Positions 30,426-40,100 of a stretch of 64,000 bases of DNA are shown here, piece after piece. Under the pieces are notes generated by a model. The model was not told where the DNA came from. It did no database searches and saw only the letters and a list, made by a program, of their open reading frames with translations. Position 1 is the stretch's first letter; each line of letters opens with the position of its first letter. The stretch comes from Candidatus Poribacteria bacterium (lineage in GTDB: Bacteria; Poribacteria; WGA-4E; PCPOR2b). Both the position numbers and the translations under genes were made by a program. Location of the stretch: NCBI GenBank assembly GCA_965116925.1, contig OZ220744.1:576001-640000 (forward strand), read 5' to 3'.

Positions 30426-30511
30426 ACCGTTCTCCTTTGCAAGGTTATTGCCTCGAACTTGCTGTTCCTACAGCAACGTGTAAGGACAAAATCCTGAATT
30501 TTAAGGTGGAC

Positions 30512-33376
30512 TTATGTTGGTGGTTCGTTTCTATGTGCTTTGCTTTTCGCTTGCAACAATCTTCCTATGCTACCTGTCGTTGTAGATTGTGGAGCTGCCG
30601 ATACACCTCTCCTCGAAATCAAATCTGACTCGCTTCCACTCTGATATCCAGATTGGGCTGCCGAGGAGGAGGCGAAATCGCTGGGCGTTGTCGATGGCTC
30701 CTCTGTTAGAGTTGCTTTCTTTTGGCTCAAGCGTGAAAGTGTTAGCGATGATGCGTGGTCCTCTCTGCGGCGAAGCGACTTTAATTGTGTTTTGAGTTCC
30801 GCGAGATAGCCGCTCGCAATGCTGAAACGACGCAGGATCATCTCCAAGACGAATAGAATCAGGCTTATTATCAACAGAGTAAACGAGAGCGGTTTCAAAT
30901 ATTCAATCGCTGTCCCACGGTGTTGAGCAATCTGTTTGGGTGATGGCTCAAAAATTCCGTTGGTTCGACTGGTAAGCTCATTGAGCAACCGATGATTCGT
31001 TTCAAATTCGGCAAACTCTGTCGGGTAAGAGAGATCAAGGCTTTTATAAGCAGTGCTTTCGACCTCCCCATCTCGGTTTTTCTGGACAGTAATAAGGTAG
31101 GATCCGCGCTCTCGCACGGGGAAGGTTCCCGAATATTGCGTCGGTGTGACACGGCGCAGCTCGATTACCTTGCCCCCGCCGTTCGGGCGGGCGATACGCG
31201 CATCAAATGTGATTCCGTGCGTTTCCATGGTTGAACCTGTATCAATGAGTAGTTCGCCCCTACCGTTCTGATGAGTTGCTTGCAAATCAAAATCTCCAGC
31301 ACCGTCCATTGATGGCAATACCCAATTAACAACCTGCCCCCAAAACTTTCCAAAATTCTCCCACTCAATCCAATCCGCTCCCCAACCGGGCTTCACATCG
31401 GAGGTAAAGGCGATAGATCTGCCCAGCCCGTAATTCCATCCAGCGAGGATCGGATGGTCCTCATGGGAACGGATATAGGTTTGTGCGAGTTCCTTTTCTG
31501 AGGTGGCAATGTAGCCGTAGAGTTTCGGTGCGCGATCGATCCCCGCTAACATTGGGTAATCTCCATCATTGATGATTGGCTGAAAGGGTTCTTGAACGGT
31601 ATATTTTTGAGTCTGGCGCACTTCGTCAGCCATAATCTTTGGGAGCTCAGCGATGTTCCGAACATCTCGATATCCGCCTCCCCCCGCTTCGGCAATTGTT
31701 TTCATCAATGCCCTGTCCGAATCACCGATGGCGATAGTCGAGAGGGTCATCTTTTCTGCTGCAATCCGTTTCGCCAACGGAATAAAATCGCCCTCCGATT
31801 TGCCGTCTGATAGAAGCAGGATATGTTTCTGTTTCGCGTCAACCGTTTGGAGTCGCTCATAAGCCTTCTCCAGGGCGGGATACATCTTCGTACCGCTGCC
31901 GGGACGCAACTTTCCAACTTCACGGAGCATCTCTTCGTGTGCAGTTGTCGGTGGGTAATCCATCCTGATTCTCGCGGCGAAGGCGATCACCCCGACGCGA
32001 TCCTCATCGTCGAGCGCACGAATGGAAGCACGCACCCCCTCAAGTGCCAACTGAATCTTCTGATCCGGACCGATATAGTTTGCCATACTTCCGGAGGCAT
32101 CAACAACAAGCATCAACGCAAGGGATTCTTTTTTCTGGCGAGGCGTCATCTCAAGGGGCAATACCTCTTCTAAGGGTGTCTCGTGATAGCCGCCCCTGCC
32201 GAAAGCACGATCCCCGCCAATCACGACCAATCCCTTCCCTATATCGCGAACGTAGCTTTCGATATGCTCCATCTGAAGGGCGGAAAGTTCATCGGCAGAT
32301 ACATTGCTCAAGATTATGGCATCGCTGTTCTGGAGCGCGACAAGATCAGTCGGAAATTCAAAAGGAGAGAGAACTTCAACCGCCAAGCTATTCATCTCAA
32401 GGACAGTCATCAATGCGTCAGTCTGCCCGGCATCTCCCTCAATATACAGGATATGTGGCGTTCCATAAACACGGGTGACACCGTACCCCGTGTTGTTTTC
32501 GGGGTTATCGCCGGTAGCGTTATCAACAGAGAGCTCGATTCGATACTTATAGATATTTTCCTCAGAAATTTGTTGCGGAAAGTCAATTGACCGTTTGCCC
32601 CGTTTCAAGACTCTCATTTGAGGTTCAGCCACGGGGAGATCATTGCGGTAAAGTCTGACTTGAACCTCCGTATCTGTTGTCGTTTCGACAATCGCACGGA
32701 CCTGAAAGGCTTCATCTGACCGCACCTGCGACGGGATTTCCAGCTCTCTCACCCAGACTTCGTATTCCCGCTCGGACGACAACGGAATCGTGAAAACCTC
32801 AATCTCACTCACCTGGACGAGGTCGAGCAAGGCATCCACTTCACCGGCGTTTTGGATGCCATCACTCAACAATACCAACCGCTTTTGTCCTACCTGCCGG
32901 CTGGTTGGCACACTCAGTCCCAGTTGAAGCGCCCCTGCGAGATTGGTTGTCGTTCGGTCAATCTCTACACTATATAAAATCTCTTCTGTTAAATGAGGCT
33001 GCGCTGCTTTCTGTTGATTCGGCACGCTCACCGCAGCTCCCCCCGCGAACAGAATGACGCTGAATAGGTCAGTGGGTTTGAGCGCAGCGAGGGCTATATT
33101 AATCTGCTCGATCCCCGCCTTCTGTTGTGCCGTTGGAACACTGTCAGACACATCAAGGAGGAACACAACGGAGAGAATATCTTCTTCGTCTTTCTGCTGC
33201 AAACCAACTAATGCCAAGATGAGGCAGAGCACCGCACCAAGACGCAGTAGTAGGGTCCCAACCTTGCGCCACTGCGCTGCTTCAATGCGCGTGTAACGGT
33301 TAATAATTAGCAGGATTGGGATAATGCCGAGAAGGAAAAAAAAGAGGGGACTGCTAATCTGGAACATAAATGTCAC
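30512..33376 (-). CDS. Membrane protein with two VWA domains and a GATase-like domain (BatA-like N-terminus)
   Basis: DVSDS and DASGS MIDAS motifs, LLSDG twice, YGLGRS..FTSD. Confidence 0.85.
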   Translation of the reverse strand: MTFMFQISSPLFFFLLGIIPILLIINRYTRIEAAQWRKVGTLLLRLGAVLCLILALVGLQQKDEEDILSVVFLLDVSDSVPTAQQKAGIEQINIALAALKPTDLFSVILFAGGAAVSVPNQQKAAQPHLTEEILYSVEIDRTTTNLAGALQLGLSVPTSRQVGQKRLVLLSDGIQNAGEVDALLDLVQVSEIEVFTIPLSSEREYEVWVRELEIPSQVRSDEAFQVRAIVETTTDTEVQVRLYRNDLPVAEPQMRVLKRGKRSIDFPQQISEENIYKYRIELSVDNATGDNPENNTGYGVTRVYGTPHILYIEGDAGQTDALMTVLEMNSLAVEVLSPFEFPTDLVALQNSDAIILSNVSADELSALQMEHIESYVRDIGKGLVVIGGDRAFGRGGYHETPLEEVLPLEMTPRQKKESLALMLVVDASGSMANYIGPDQKIQLALEGVRASIRALDDEDRVGVIAFAARIRMDYPPTTAHEEMLREVGKLRPGSGTKMYPALEKAYERLQTVDAKQKHILLLSDGKSEGDFIPLAKRIAAEKMTLSTIAIGDSDRALMKTIAEAGGGGYRDVRNIAELPKIMADEVRQTQKYTVQEPFQPIINDGDYPMLAGIDRAPKLYGYIATSEKELAQTYIRSHEDHPILAGWNYGLGRSIAFTSDVKPGWGADWIEWENFGKFWGQVVNWVLPSMDGAGDFDLQATHQNGRGELLIDTGSTMETHGITFDARIARPNGGGKVIELRRVTPTQYSGTFPVRERGSYLITVQKNRDGEVESTAYKSLDLSYPTEFAEFETNHRLLNELTSRTNGIFEPSPKQIAQHRGTAIEYLKPLSFTLLIISLILFVLEMILRRFSIASGYLAELKTQLKSLRRREDHASSLTLSRLSQKKATLTEEPSTTPSDFASSSAAQSGYQSGSESDLISRRGVSAAPQSTTTGSIGRLLQAKSKAHRNEPPT

Positions 33377-34035
33377 AAGGTCCTAAACTGTCTAGGCCAG
33401 AAAGACTCTAGCGCCGCCAAAAAGGTCATCTCTTCTTTTCGTGTTGGGTGACTGATAGTAAGTGAACGGGCGTGTAAAGCCAACGCCTTCTGTCCAAATT
33501 TGACTTTAGAGCCGTACCGAAAATCGCCGATCACTGGATGACCACGATGTGAAAATTGCACACGGATCTGGTGGTGTCTACCTGTGGCAAGTTCAATCTC
33601 AACCCAAGACACACCTTTGCGATACCGAAGCCGACGAAAGGATAATTCCGCACGTTGACCGCCGGGACCTTTAACTATATGGCTTGTGGGACCACGGCGA
33701 TGAATCTGATCGACCAACGTTCCGTTAGTTGGCGTTTTGCCTTCGACGAGTGCCCAGTAAATCTTTCTAACATCTCCCGCCCGAAACTGTTCGGACAACC
33801 GCTTCGCCGCTTTGGAGGTCAGCGCGAACACAACGACGCCTGATGTCGGTCGGTCAAGGCGATGGACAAGGCCTATATAAACATTGCCGGGCTTGTTGAA
33901 CTTATCTCTTATATATTCCCGCGCATAATCCAACAGTGACGTATCACCGGTGCGATCGCCCTGTACCAACATACCCGCCGGTTTACTAACGACAAGGAGA
34001 TGATTATCAGTATAAAGGACTTTCAATGTTTGCAC
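33373..34035 (-). CDS. RluA-family pseudouridine synthase
   Basis: KPAG, HRLDRPTSG, GRHHQIRVQ. Confidence 0.9.
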   Translation of the reverse strand: MQTLKVLYTDNHLLVVSKPAGMLVQGDRTGDTSLLDYAREYIRDKFNKPGNVYIGLVHRLDRPTSGVVVFALTSKAAKRLSEQFRAGDVRKIYWALVEGKTPTNGTLVDQIHRRGPTSHIVKGPGGQRAELSFRRLRYRKGVSWVEIELATGRHHQIRVQFSHRGHPVIGDFRYGSKVKFGQKALALHARSLTISHPTRKEEMTFLAALESFWPRQFRTL

Positions 34036-34083
34036 GGTAAATAAAACGTGAGGACATAGCCCCCTGTAACCTCTCTATCCATT

Positions 34084-34191
34084 TATAGTGGACCTTAGAA
34101 TTAATGAGACACTCCAAATCGGCGCAGTTAGAAACAGCGCCTACCAAACAGGGGTGGCGCAAGTGTTTCTTTATTTTTTGAATTCACTATA
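34084..34191. mobile_element. MITE family A (104 bp + TA flanks)
   Basis: Differs from 46644-46747 at 2 positions by my alignment. Confidence 0.85.
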
Positions 34192-35311
34192 ATCCTGATT
34201 TTGGTTCAGCAGCAACCTGCCGTAACCGTTTTTTTAAGGCTTCTGGATTCGTTCTAATTTCGAGCTCAATTTCTAACACAAAAAACTGCACGGATTCTGG
34301 GAGCGAAAATTCTGTTGTTGTTGCAAAGGCTTCTAGTTTCTGGGAATCCTTCTCAGTCGTCACAACTATATTTATTCCAATATCGCGCGCGCTTGCACTG
34401 ATGTTATTGAGGTCTGCCAACGAGTAGCGGTGGTGATCCGGAAACGCTAGAAGTTCCACAGCCTTCGGTTCAAACTGACGAAGCGTCCCGACAAAGGCTT
34501 TGGGGTTACCGATGCCGCATACCGCGAGGATACGCTGCCCTTCTAACAGGTCTAGTGCACATTCTTCGCCGGTGCTCAGTTGATACAACCTCGTAGGGTG
34601 ATGACAGGTCTGGAAAACCTGTTTCCCTTGTCCAAATTGTTCAAAGTTAATAGATTCTGCCGCAAGGTCTGTCCGCGTCAACAGCAGGACATCTGCCCGT
34701 TTCAAAGCGATTCTCGATTCACGTAACGTTCCCGCTGGGATCAGTTTTCCTGTGCCAAAGGGTTGGGTACTGTCAATTACGAGGATATCCAGATCTCGTG
34801 CCAACTGCCGCCGCTGAAAACCATCGTCCAAGATAAGCACACCATTCGTATGTCCCCACAGTTGAATTACCTCAAGCCCCGCAGCATAGCGATCAACCCC
34901 AACCACGACGGAAACACCCGGTAGCTTACGGGCTATCATGCCAGCCTCATCGCCACTCTCTGTCAGAGATGTCAAAACCCCTTTCCCATCGGATACGACC
35001 AAGGTTGAATGACGGTCTTCTCGACCATAACCACGCAGAAGCACCCCCACCTGAAATCCTTCGTTTTGCAGATATTTTGCTATCCAGACGACTACCGGCG
35101 TTTTGCCCGTGCCACCGGCAACGATATTCCCAACGCTAATCACCCCACAAGGGAGCTGTTTCTGTTTGAGAAGTCCCCAATCGTAGAGCCAACCGCGTGC
35201 CTTGAGGATTACAGCGTAGATATAACTCAACGGAGTCAGCAAGCCGATCAGAAGGGACGGAATAATCCCCGTCGCCTTGCCCGTAATGATAGCGTACAAA
35301 TGATCCTTCAT
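34187..35311 (-). CDS. lpxK: Tetraacyldisaccharide 4'-kinase
   Basis: VGNIVAGGTGKTP, GDE, LDDGFQ, FPDHH, TTEKD. Confidence 0.95.
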   Translation of the reverse strand: MKDHLYAIITGKATGIIPSLLIGLLTPLSYIYAVILKARGWLYDWGLLKQKQLPCGVISVGNIVAGGTGKTPVVVWIAKYLQNEGFQVGVLLRGYGREDRHSTLVVSDGKGVLTSLTESGDEAGMIARKLPGVSVVVGVDRYAAGLEVIQLWGHTNGVLILDDGFQRRQLARDLDILVIDSTQPFGTGKLIPAGTLRESRIALKRADVLLLTRTDLAAESINFEQFGQGKQVFQTCHHPTRLYQLSTGEECALDLLEGQRILAVCGIGNPKAFVGTLRQFEPKAVELLAFPDHHRYSLADLNNISASARDIGINIVVTTEKDSQKLEAFATTTEFSLPESVQFFVLEIELEIRTNPEALKKRLRQVAAEPKSGL

Positions 35312-35775
35312 GAGCGATTCTTCTTGATAAGCCCAACAATCTTATCACGGTTCGTTTCTATCAATTCACGCTGTTCGGGCCAAAATATCGCTGGGAGGGC
35401 ACCGATTGGATACCACGCCAGTTCGTAGTGGTGTTCAACATCTGTTGGAATACCTTCTACCTGTTCTGTAACAAAGAGGAAATAGTGGGTTGTAATCCAG
35501 CAAACCCTGTCATACGAGAGGCGCGCTCGAATTCCCAGTTTTTCAATCAGTTCTAGCGAAGATAAGCCTGCCTCTTCTTCGATTTCTCGGCGGGCAGCAT
35601 CTTCTAAACTTTCGCCGGGTTCGACGCCGCCCTTCGGTAAAACGCGTTCCGTCAGTCCCAGTTCCCCGACAAGCGCGACATAGATTTGTCCATCTGCTAT
35701 CCGTGCAACGATGCCACCCGCAGATGTCCGATCACTCACGCCGGGCGGGCGTTTGTACCAACTTTCGTCAATCAC
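35308..35775 (-). CDS. NUDIX hydrolase
   Basis: GGVEPGESLEDAARREIEEEAG Nudix box. Confidence 0.9.
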   Translation of the reverse strand: MIDESWYKRPPGVSDRTSAGGIVARIADGQIYVALVGELGLTERVLPKGGVEPGESLEDAARREIEEEAGLSSLELIEKLGIRARLSYDRVCWITTHYFLFVTEQVEGIPTDVEHHYELAWYPIGALPAIFWPEQRELIETNRDKIVGLIKKNRS

Positions 35776-35785
35776 TTCATTCTCC

Positions 35786-36901
35786 TCATTGGATGTGGCT
35801 CAATATCAACTGAGCGGTTCGCTGCGCTGCGCCGGGTTCCCCTAGTTGTTCATACACCCAGTACAGACTTTCTTGCTGCACTTCTCGCTTTTCAGGGGCT
35901 TGCAGCAGCTCAAGGGCGATAGGTACGATCCGTTCTGCCGTGACTTGGTCTTGGAGCAGTTCGGGGACGATTTCGCGTCCTGCGATGACATTGGGCAATC
36001 CACTGAGTTCCAGTTTAACCAGTTTTCTGAGGATGTGCCACGATAATCCTGACATCTTGTAAACCACAATCATCGGTGTGCCTAAACAAGTGGCTTCAAG
36101 GGTCGCTGTCCCCGATGCAATGAGCATCAAATCTGATGCACGCATCGCTTCATATACTTGTTTCCTCACAACCTTAACCAACGGCATCTCTGGCAGCGTC
36201 GTCGAATCAATACCGGGTGCGAGTGGAAGGACAAATTGACAATCTGGCACAGTCTGATGTACCTGATCTGTCACCTCCAACATCACCGGCAGGAGCCGTT
36301 CAACTTCTCGACGACGGCTGCCGGGCATTAGCCCAAGCACAGGATAATCTTCATCCAAACCGATCATACGACGGGCTTCCGCACAACTCAGATCGATTTG
36401 GGCAAAGTCCAACAACGGATGCCCGACGAACTCCACATTTGCGCCCGCCTCCCGGTAAAATTCCGCCGCAAATGGAAAAATTGATGCGACAGCGGTTGTC
36501 ATTTTAGCAATCTTTTTCGCACGGTTCGGACGCCATGCCCACGCTTTCGGAGGAATATAGTAGATGACAGGAATTCCCAGACCATGTGCGAAACGGGCCA
36601 AAGCCATGTTGAAATCGCCGAAATCAACCAATACCACAGCATCGGGACGCTTCGTGCGAATCAGATGTTTGAGATGTTTGCGTTTCTTCAAGAAAGCAGG
36701 GATAGCGGTAAACACCTCGCCGATTCCCATCACCGCAGAATCGCGGATATGATAGATGAGCTCAACCCCCGCTGCCTCCATCAAATCGCCTCCCATACCC
36801 AATAGCGCGAAATCGGGAGCGAGCCCCTTCAGCGCGGCAGCCACGCGGGAGGCTTGGAGATCACCGGACGGTTCACCGGCGACAAACATAATCGTTGACA
36901 T
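35786..36901 (-). CDS. lpxB: Lipid-A-disaccharide synthase
   Basis: AGEPSGD, AWAWR, VGHPL, PGSR, SGTATLE. Confidence 0.95.
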   Translation of the reverse strand: MSTIMFVAGEPSGDLQASRVAAALKGLAPDFALLGMGGDLMEAAGVELIYHIRDSAVMGIGEVFTAIPAFLKKRKHLKHLIRTKRPDAVVLVDFGDFNMALARFAHGLGIPVIYYIPPKAWAWRPNRAKKIAKMTTAVASIFPFAAEFYREAGANVEFVGHPLLDFAQIDLSCAEARRMIGLDEDYPVLGLMPGSRRREVERLLPVMLEVTDQVHQTVPDCQFVLPLAPGIDSTTLPEMPLVKVVRKQVYEAMRASDLMLIASGTATLEATCLGTPMIVVYKMSGLSWHILRKLVKLELSGLPNVIAGREIVPELLQDQVTAERIVPIALELLQAPEKREVQQESLYWVYEQLGEPGAAQRTAQLILSHIQ

Positions 36902-37018
36902 GGTATTGAGTGATGTGTGAAACGTAAAGAATCATGTTAAAAAATTATGCAACAGAAACCGAGTTTTTTCGGCAAAACTCGGTTTCTCTTCGCGTTTTAC
37001 ACTTTCTTTTTAACATAA

Positions 37019-37120
37019 CAGGACTTACGCAAATTTAGCACACGGGGGGTAGATTTTTGATTTTTAACCCCCTAAATCCCCCTTGTCAGGGGGACTTATG
37101 AACGTGCTGCGTAAGCCCTA
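37019..37120. mobile_element. MITE family E carrying the CCCCTTGTCAGGGG hairpin
   Basis: CAGGACTTACGCA..TGCGTAAGCCCTA; CATAA on both flanks. Confidence 0.75.
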
Positions 37121-37135
37121 CATAAGTTGCTTTTT

Positions 37136-40100
37136 TTAGTCATCCCCGGTGGTTCGCGTTACATATTCACCGATGACCTCCTCCGGTATCTCCTGCCTGC
37201 CCCCGGTATGCCCAAGCACCACGGGGGTATATTGAATCGGTCCCAATGCTTGTGGGATTGTTTCAACTGTCAGCAGATATTCCCCAAGTTCCAGTTCCTG
37301 AATCATCACGGGACTAGATGCCAATCGCTTAAATTGGCTGTCGAAAAGTTTAGCATCCAGTTGGTCGCTCTCTGTGCGGATGCCAACCCCCACCTTTCCA
37401 TTTACCGTTACATTAAATTTGAAAACTTGGATCTCACCGGGACGAATTAACCGGGGGTTGTCAGATACACTGTCGAGCGGCTTCGGAAAAACCTTCAACA
37501 GGCGAATATTCCCCGTCTGCGTTGTTCCTTCTAATGGTCGTGTCCAAAGCTGATACTCCCCCGATGGCAAAAAATAACGAAGCTGCCGCCCTTTGTTGCT
37601 GCTTCCAACACTCGTAGCCAAAACCTTTTGATCCGCTAGCAGTGCCGTTACGCCTGAGCCCTCTGCATCAACAATGGTGTAAGCAGGGTGCTTCAAATCG
37701 AACATCCAGCGTTGTGATCGGTTTTCTAATTTTGCGACTCCATCGGCAAGACCTTTTACTCTGCGAGGCTTCTTGCCCATAAACGTCAAATCTTTCTCCT
37801 GCGGATTAGCTTCCCAGACCTTGACGTAGCCGGGACCGTATGAGAGTTCAAGTATCCCCTCTGCCCGGTGTGGTTCAAAACGCTCACCTTCACGAATAAT
37901 CCCATCGTTCCCTAGAATACGAGCCTTCACCGCATCCCCGACTACAAAGAGTTCTTTCTGTTCTTTTACCTCCTCTATTAACAGTGACACAGTACCAGTT
38001 TCAGCGAAGACGCCCTCAAATCCCTGTTTTGAGTCGAAAGCCCGAACGGTTTCCACAGTTTCTCTTTTTCTTTCTATGCGGAATAAACCGGCTTCGTCGC
38101 TCCGGTTAGTGATGAATAGTTCTCCGCCGGGAACGGTAATTGACTCCTGAGTATTCCTGTGTGCGGCAATAAGTACTTGCGTGTGTTTCCCATCCCAAAC
38201 AAACGCGACCAGGCCGCCGGTAAGCAATAGCTCATAAGTCTGACGGGATTTATCTAGCACAAAGGCCTTGGCACTGCCGGCCTTGATTGGTCCCTCGTAC
38301 GAGAGCGTTTTACCAAACTTTACCCGCTCTTCCAACCGAAAAGTGCGTGTGCTGAGATGCACCTTTTCTGTTTCAATCGTTTCGCGCGTTTGCCAGATTT
38401 TGGCGCGGTATTTGCCTTTGCGTGGCACCGCTGCCACCGTTTTCGATGGTGCTATCCCCATCCTACCCCAGTGAAATTTTGATCCAAACTGACTTTCGGA
38501 GGTGTAAGTCATTGCACCAATCTGCCCTCCGATGGAGTTTACTTCTAGCAACAAAGGATTATCATTTTCGTGTTCGAGATTGAAGGCGAACGGCAGTTGT
38601 CCCAGCTCAACCGTTTTAACCGCCCCGGTTGCCAATACAAAGGGTTCGAGGATCAGGTGCTGGGTCTTCTCATAAGAACTCAAAACTAGCCAGCCGCGCC
38701 CATCATTCATCACCACCGGCGTATTATCCTTGACAGTCTCAAAAGGTCGATCGAGCGTAGACGAGAACTGCAACGACGCCCCGGTGCTCTCGGTTGCCCA
38801 ATAACTGCTCTGATCAGCATCGGTTAATTCCAACGCGATCGGTTCTGCGTATGGGGGCCAAAGCAGTTCAGTTTGTTCCGGCAGAACGGAGACCGGCTTG
38901 ACCTTGAGAGGTGCGACATCTAACGTCGCTTCTCCCGTGAAATCCCCCAATCCCCACAGCAAAATCTGATAGGGCGTCTTCGCTTGTAAGGGGATATAGA
39001 ACGATGCGGCTTCGGTGTCATTGACTGTCCCTTCGTACAGTGTGTGTGTCTCCTTCAGTAAAGCAACCCCCAATTCGCCCACCCCATTTCCTGTCGAGAG
39101 TTGGAAGGCGTTTACAGTAACACCTACGAGGGGGCTCGTGTTATCAACCCTGAACGGAATAACTAACACTTTTTCCTCAAGATCTTCATCCACCGTAAAC
39201 GGTGGGAAACCGCGTTGAGGGAGAACGTGCTGCTCACGGAACTCCATGGTGATTTCGACGGTGCCGTAGGTGCGGCCAACGGGAACCAATTTCAGGAGGT
39301 AACGCCCGGGATCCAATCGCTGGGAAATGCGGAAATTCCAATCGTTCGGCATGTCATCATTCTGTGCTAAAAGCTGAGTACCGGTTTCATCCCATAGGCT
39401 AGCCTTCACATCAGTTGGACCAAAACTGGAGAGATCAACAATCCCGGATTCTCCCAGACGGATGGTTAGATCGGCGGGGAGCTCAACCGGCTGTCGCAAG
39501 CCGGGGATAAGCTGAGAAGTTTCCATGCGTAGGGTGTAGGGCAGCAGGTTATTTTCATTAGCACTTTTTACCGCAATTTCATACTGCCCCGGCTGGAGCG
39601 TATCTTTCCATTCGCTGCCCCCCGTTATTACCCTACCATCACCTGTCCCAATTAGATCGGGACGAATAACCCCCTCCATTCCACCGCTTAATTTGATTGT
39701 CACATCAACGGGTGCCGTGATTTCCGTGGTGAACATATCCGGCGGTCTACCCTCCTCTTCCCGCCACATCATTTTAATCGTTTCGTTGAAGGATATAGGA
39801 TGGGGACCCTTTCCGACGCGTTCCTGTTTCTCAGCTATTCGTGTCAAAGCGGTAATTCGCGTAGATTCGACCGGCAACGGCATTGAGTAGTAATGGTAAA
39901 CGCCCGGCTCGAAACGTGCATGCAACACTCCTTCGCGCCCGGGCTTAGTCAGGGGCCACTCCCCTTTATCCTCTAAGCGATAGGTGAAATCTTTACCAAG
40001 ACCAAGAGTTTGCAAATGGTATAGCCCCGGTTCGTCAATTGTCAGCGTATACCGGAGGGCGACGTCCGGTTCTAAGTGCGCTTTTTTCACTACTCCGACT

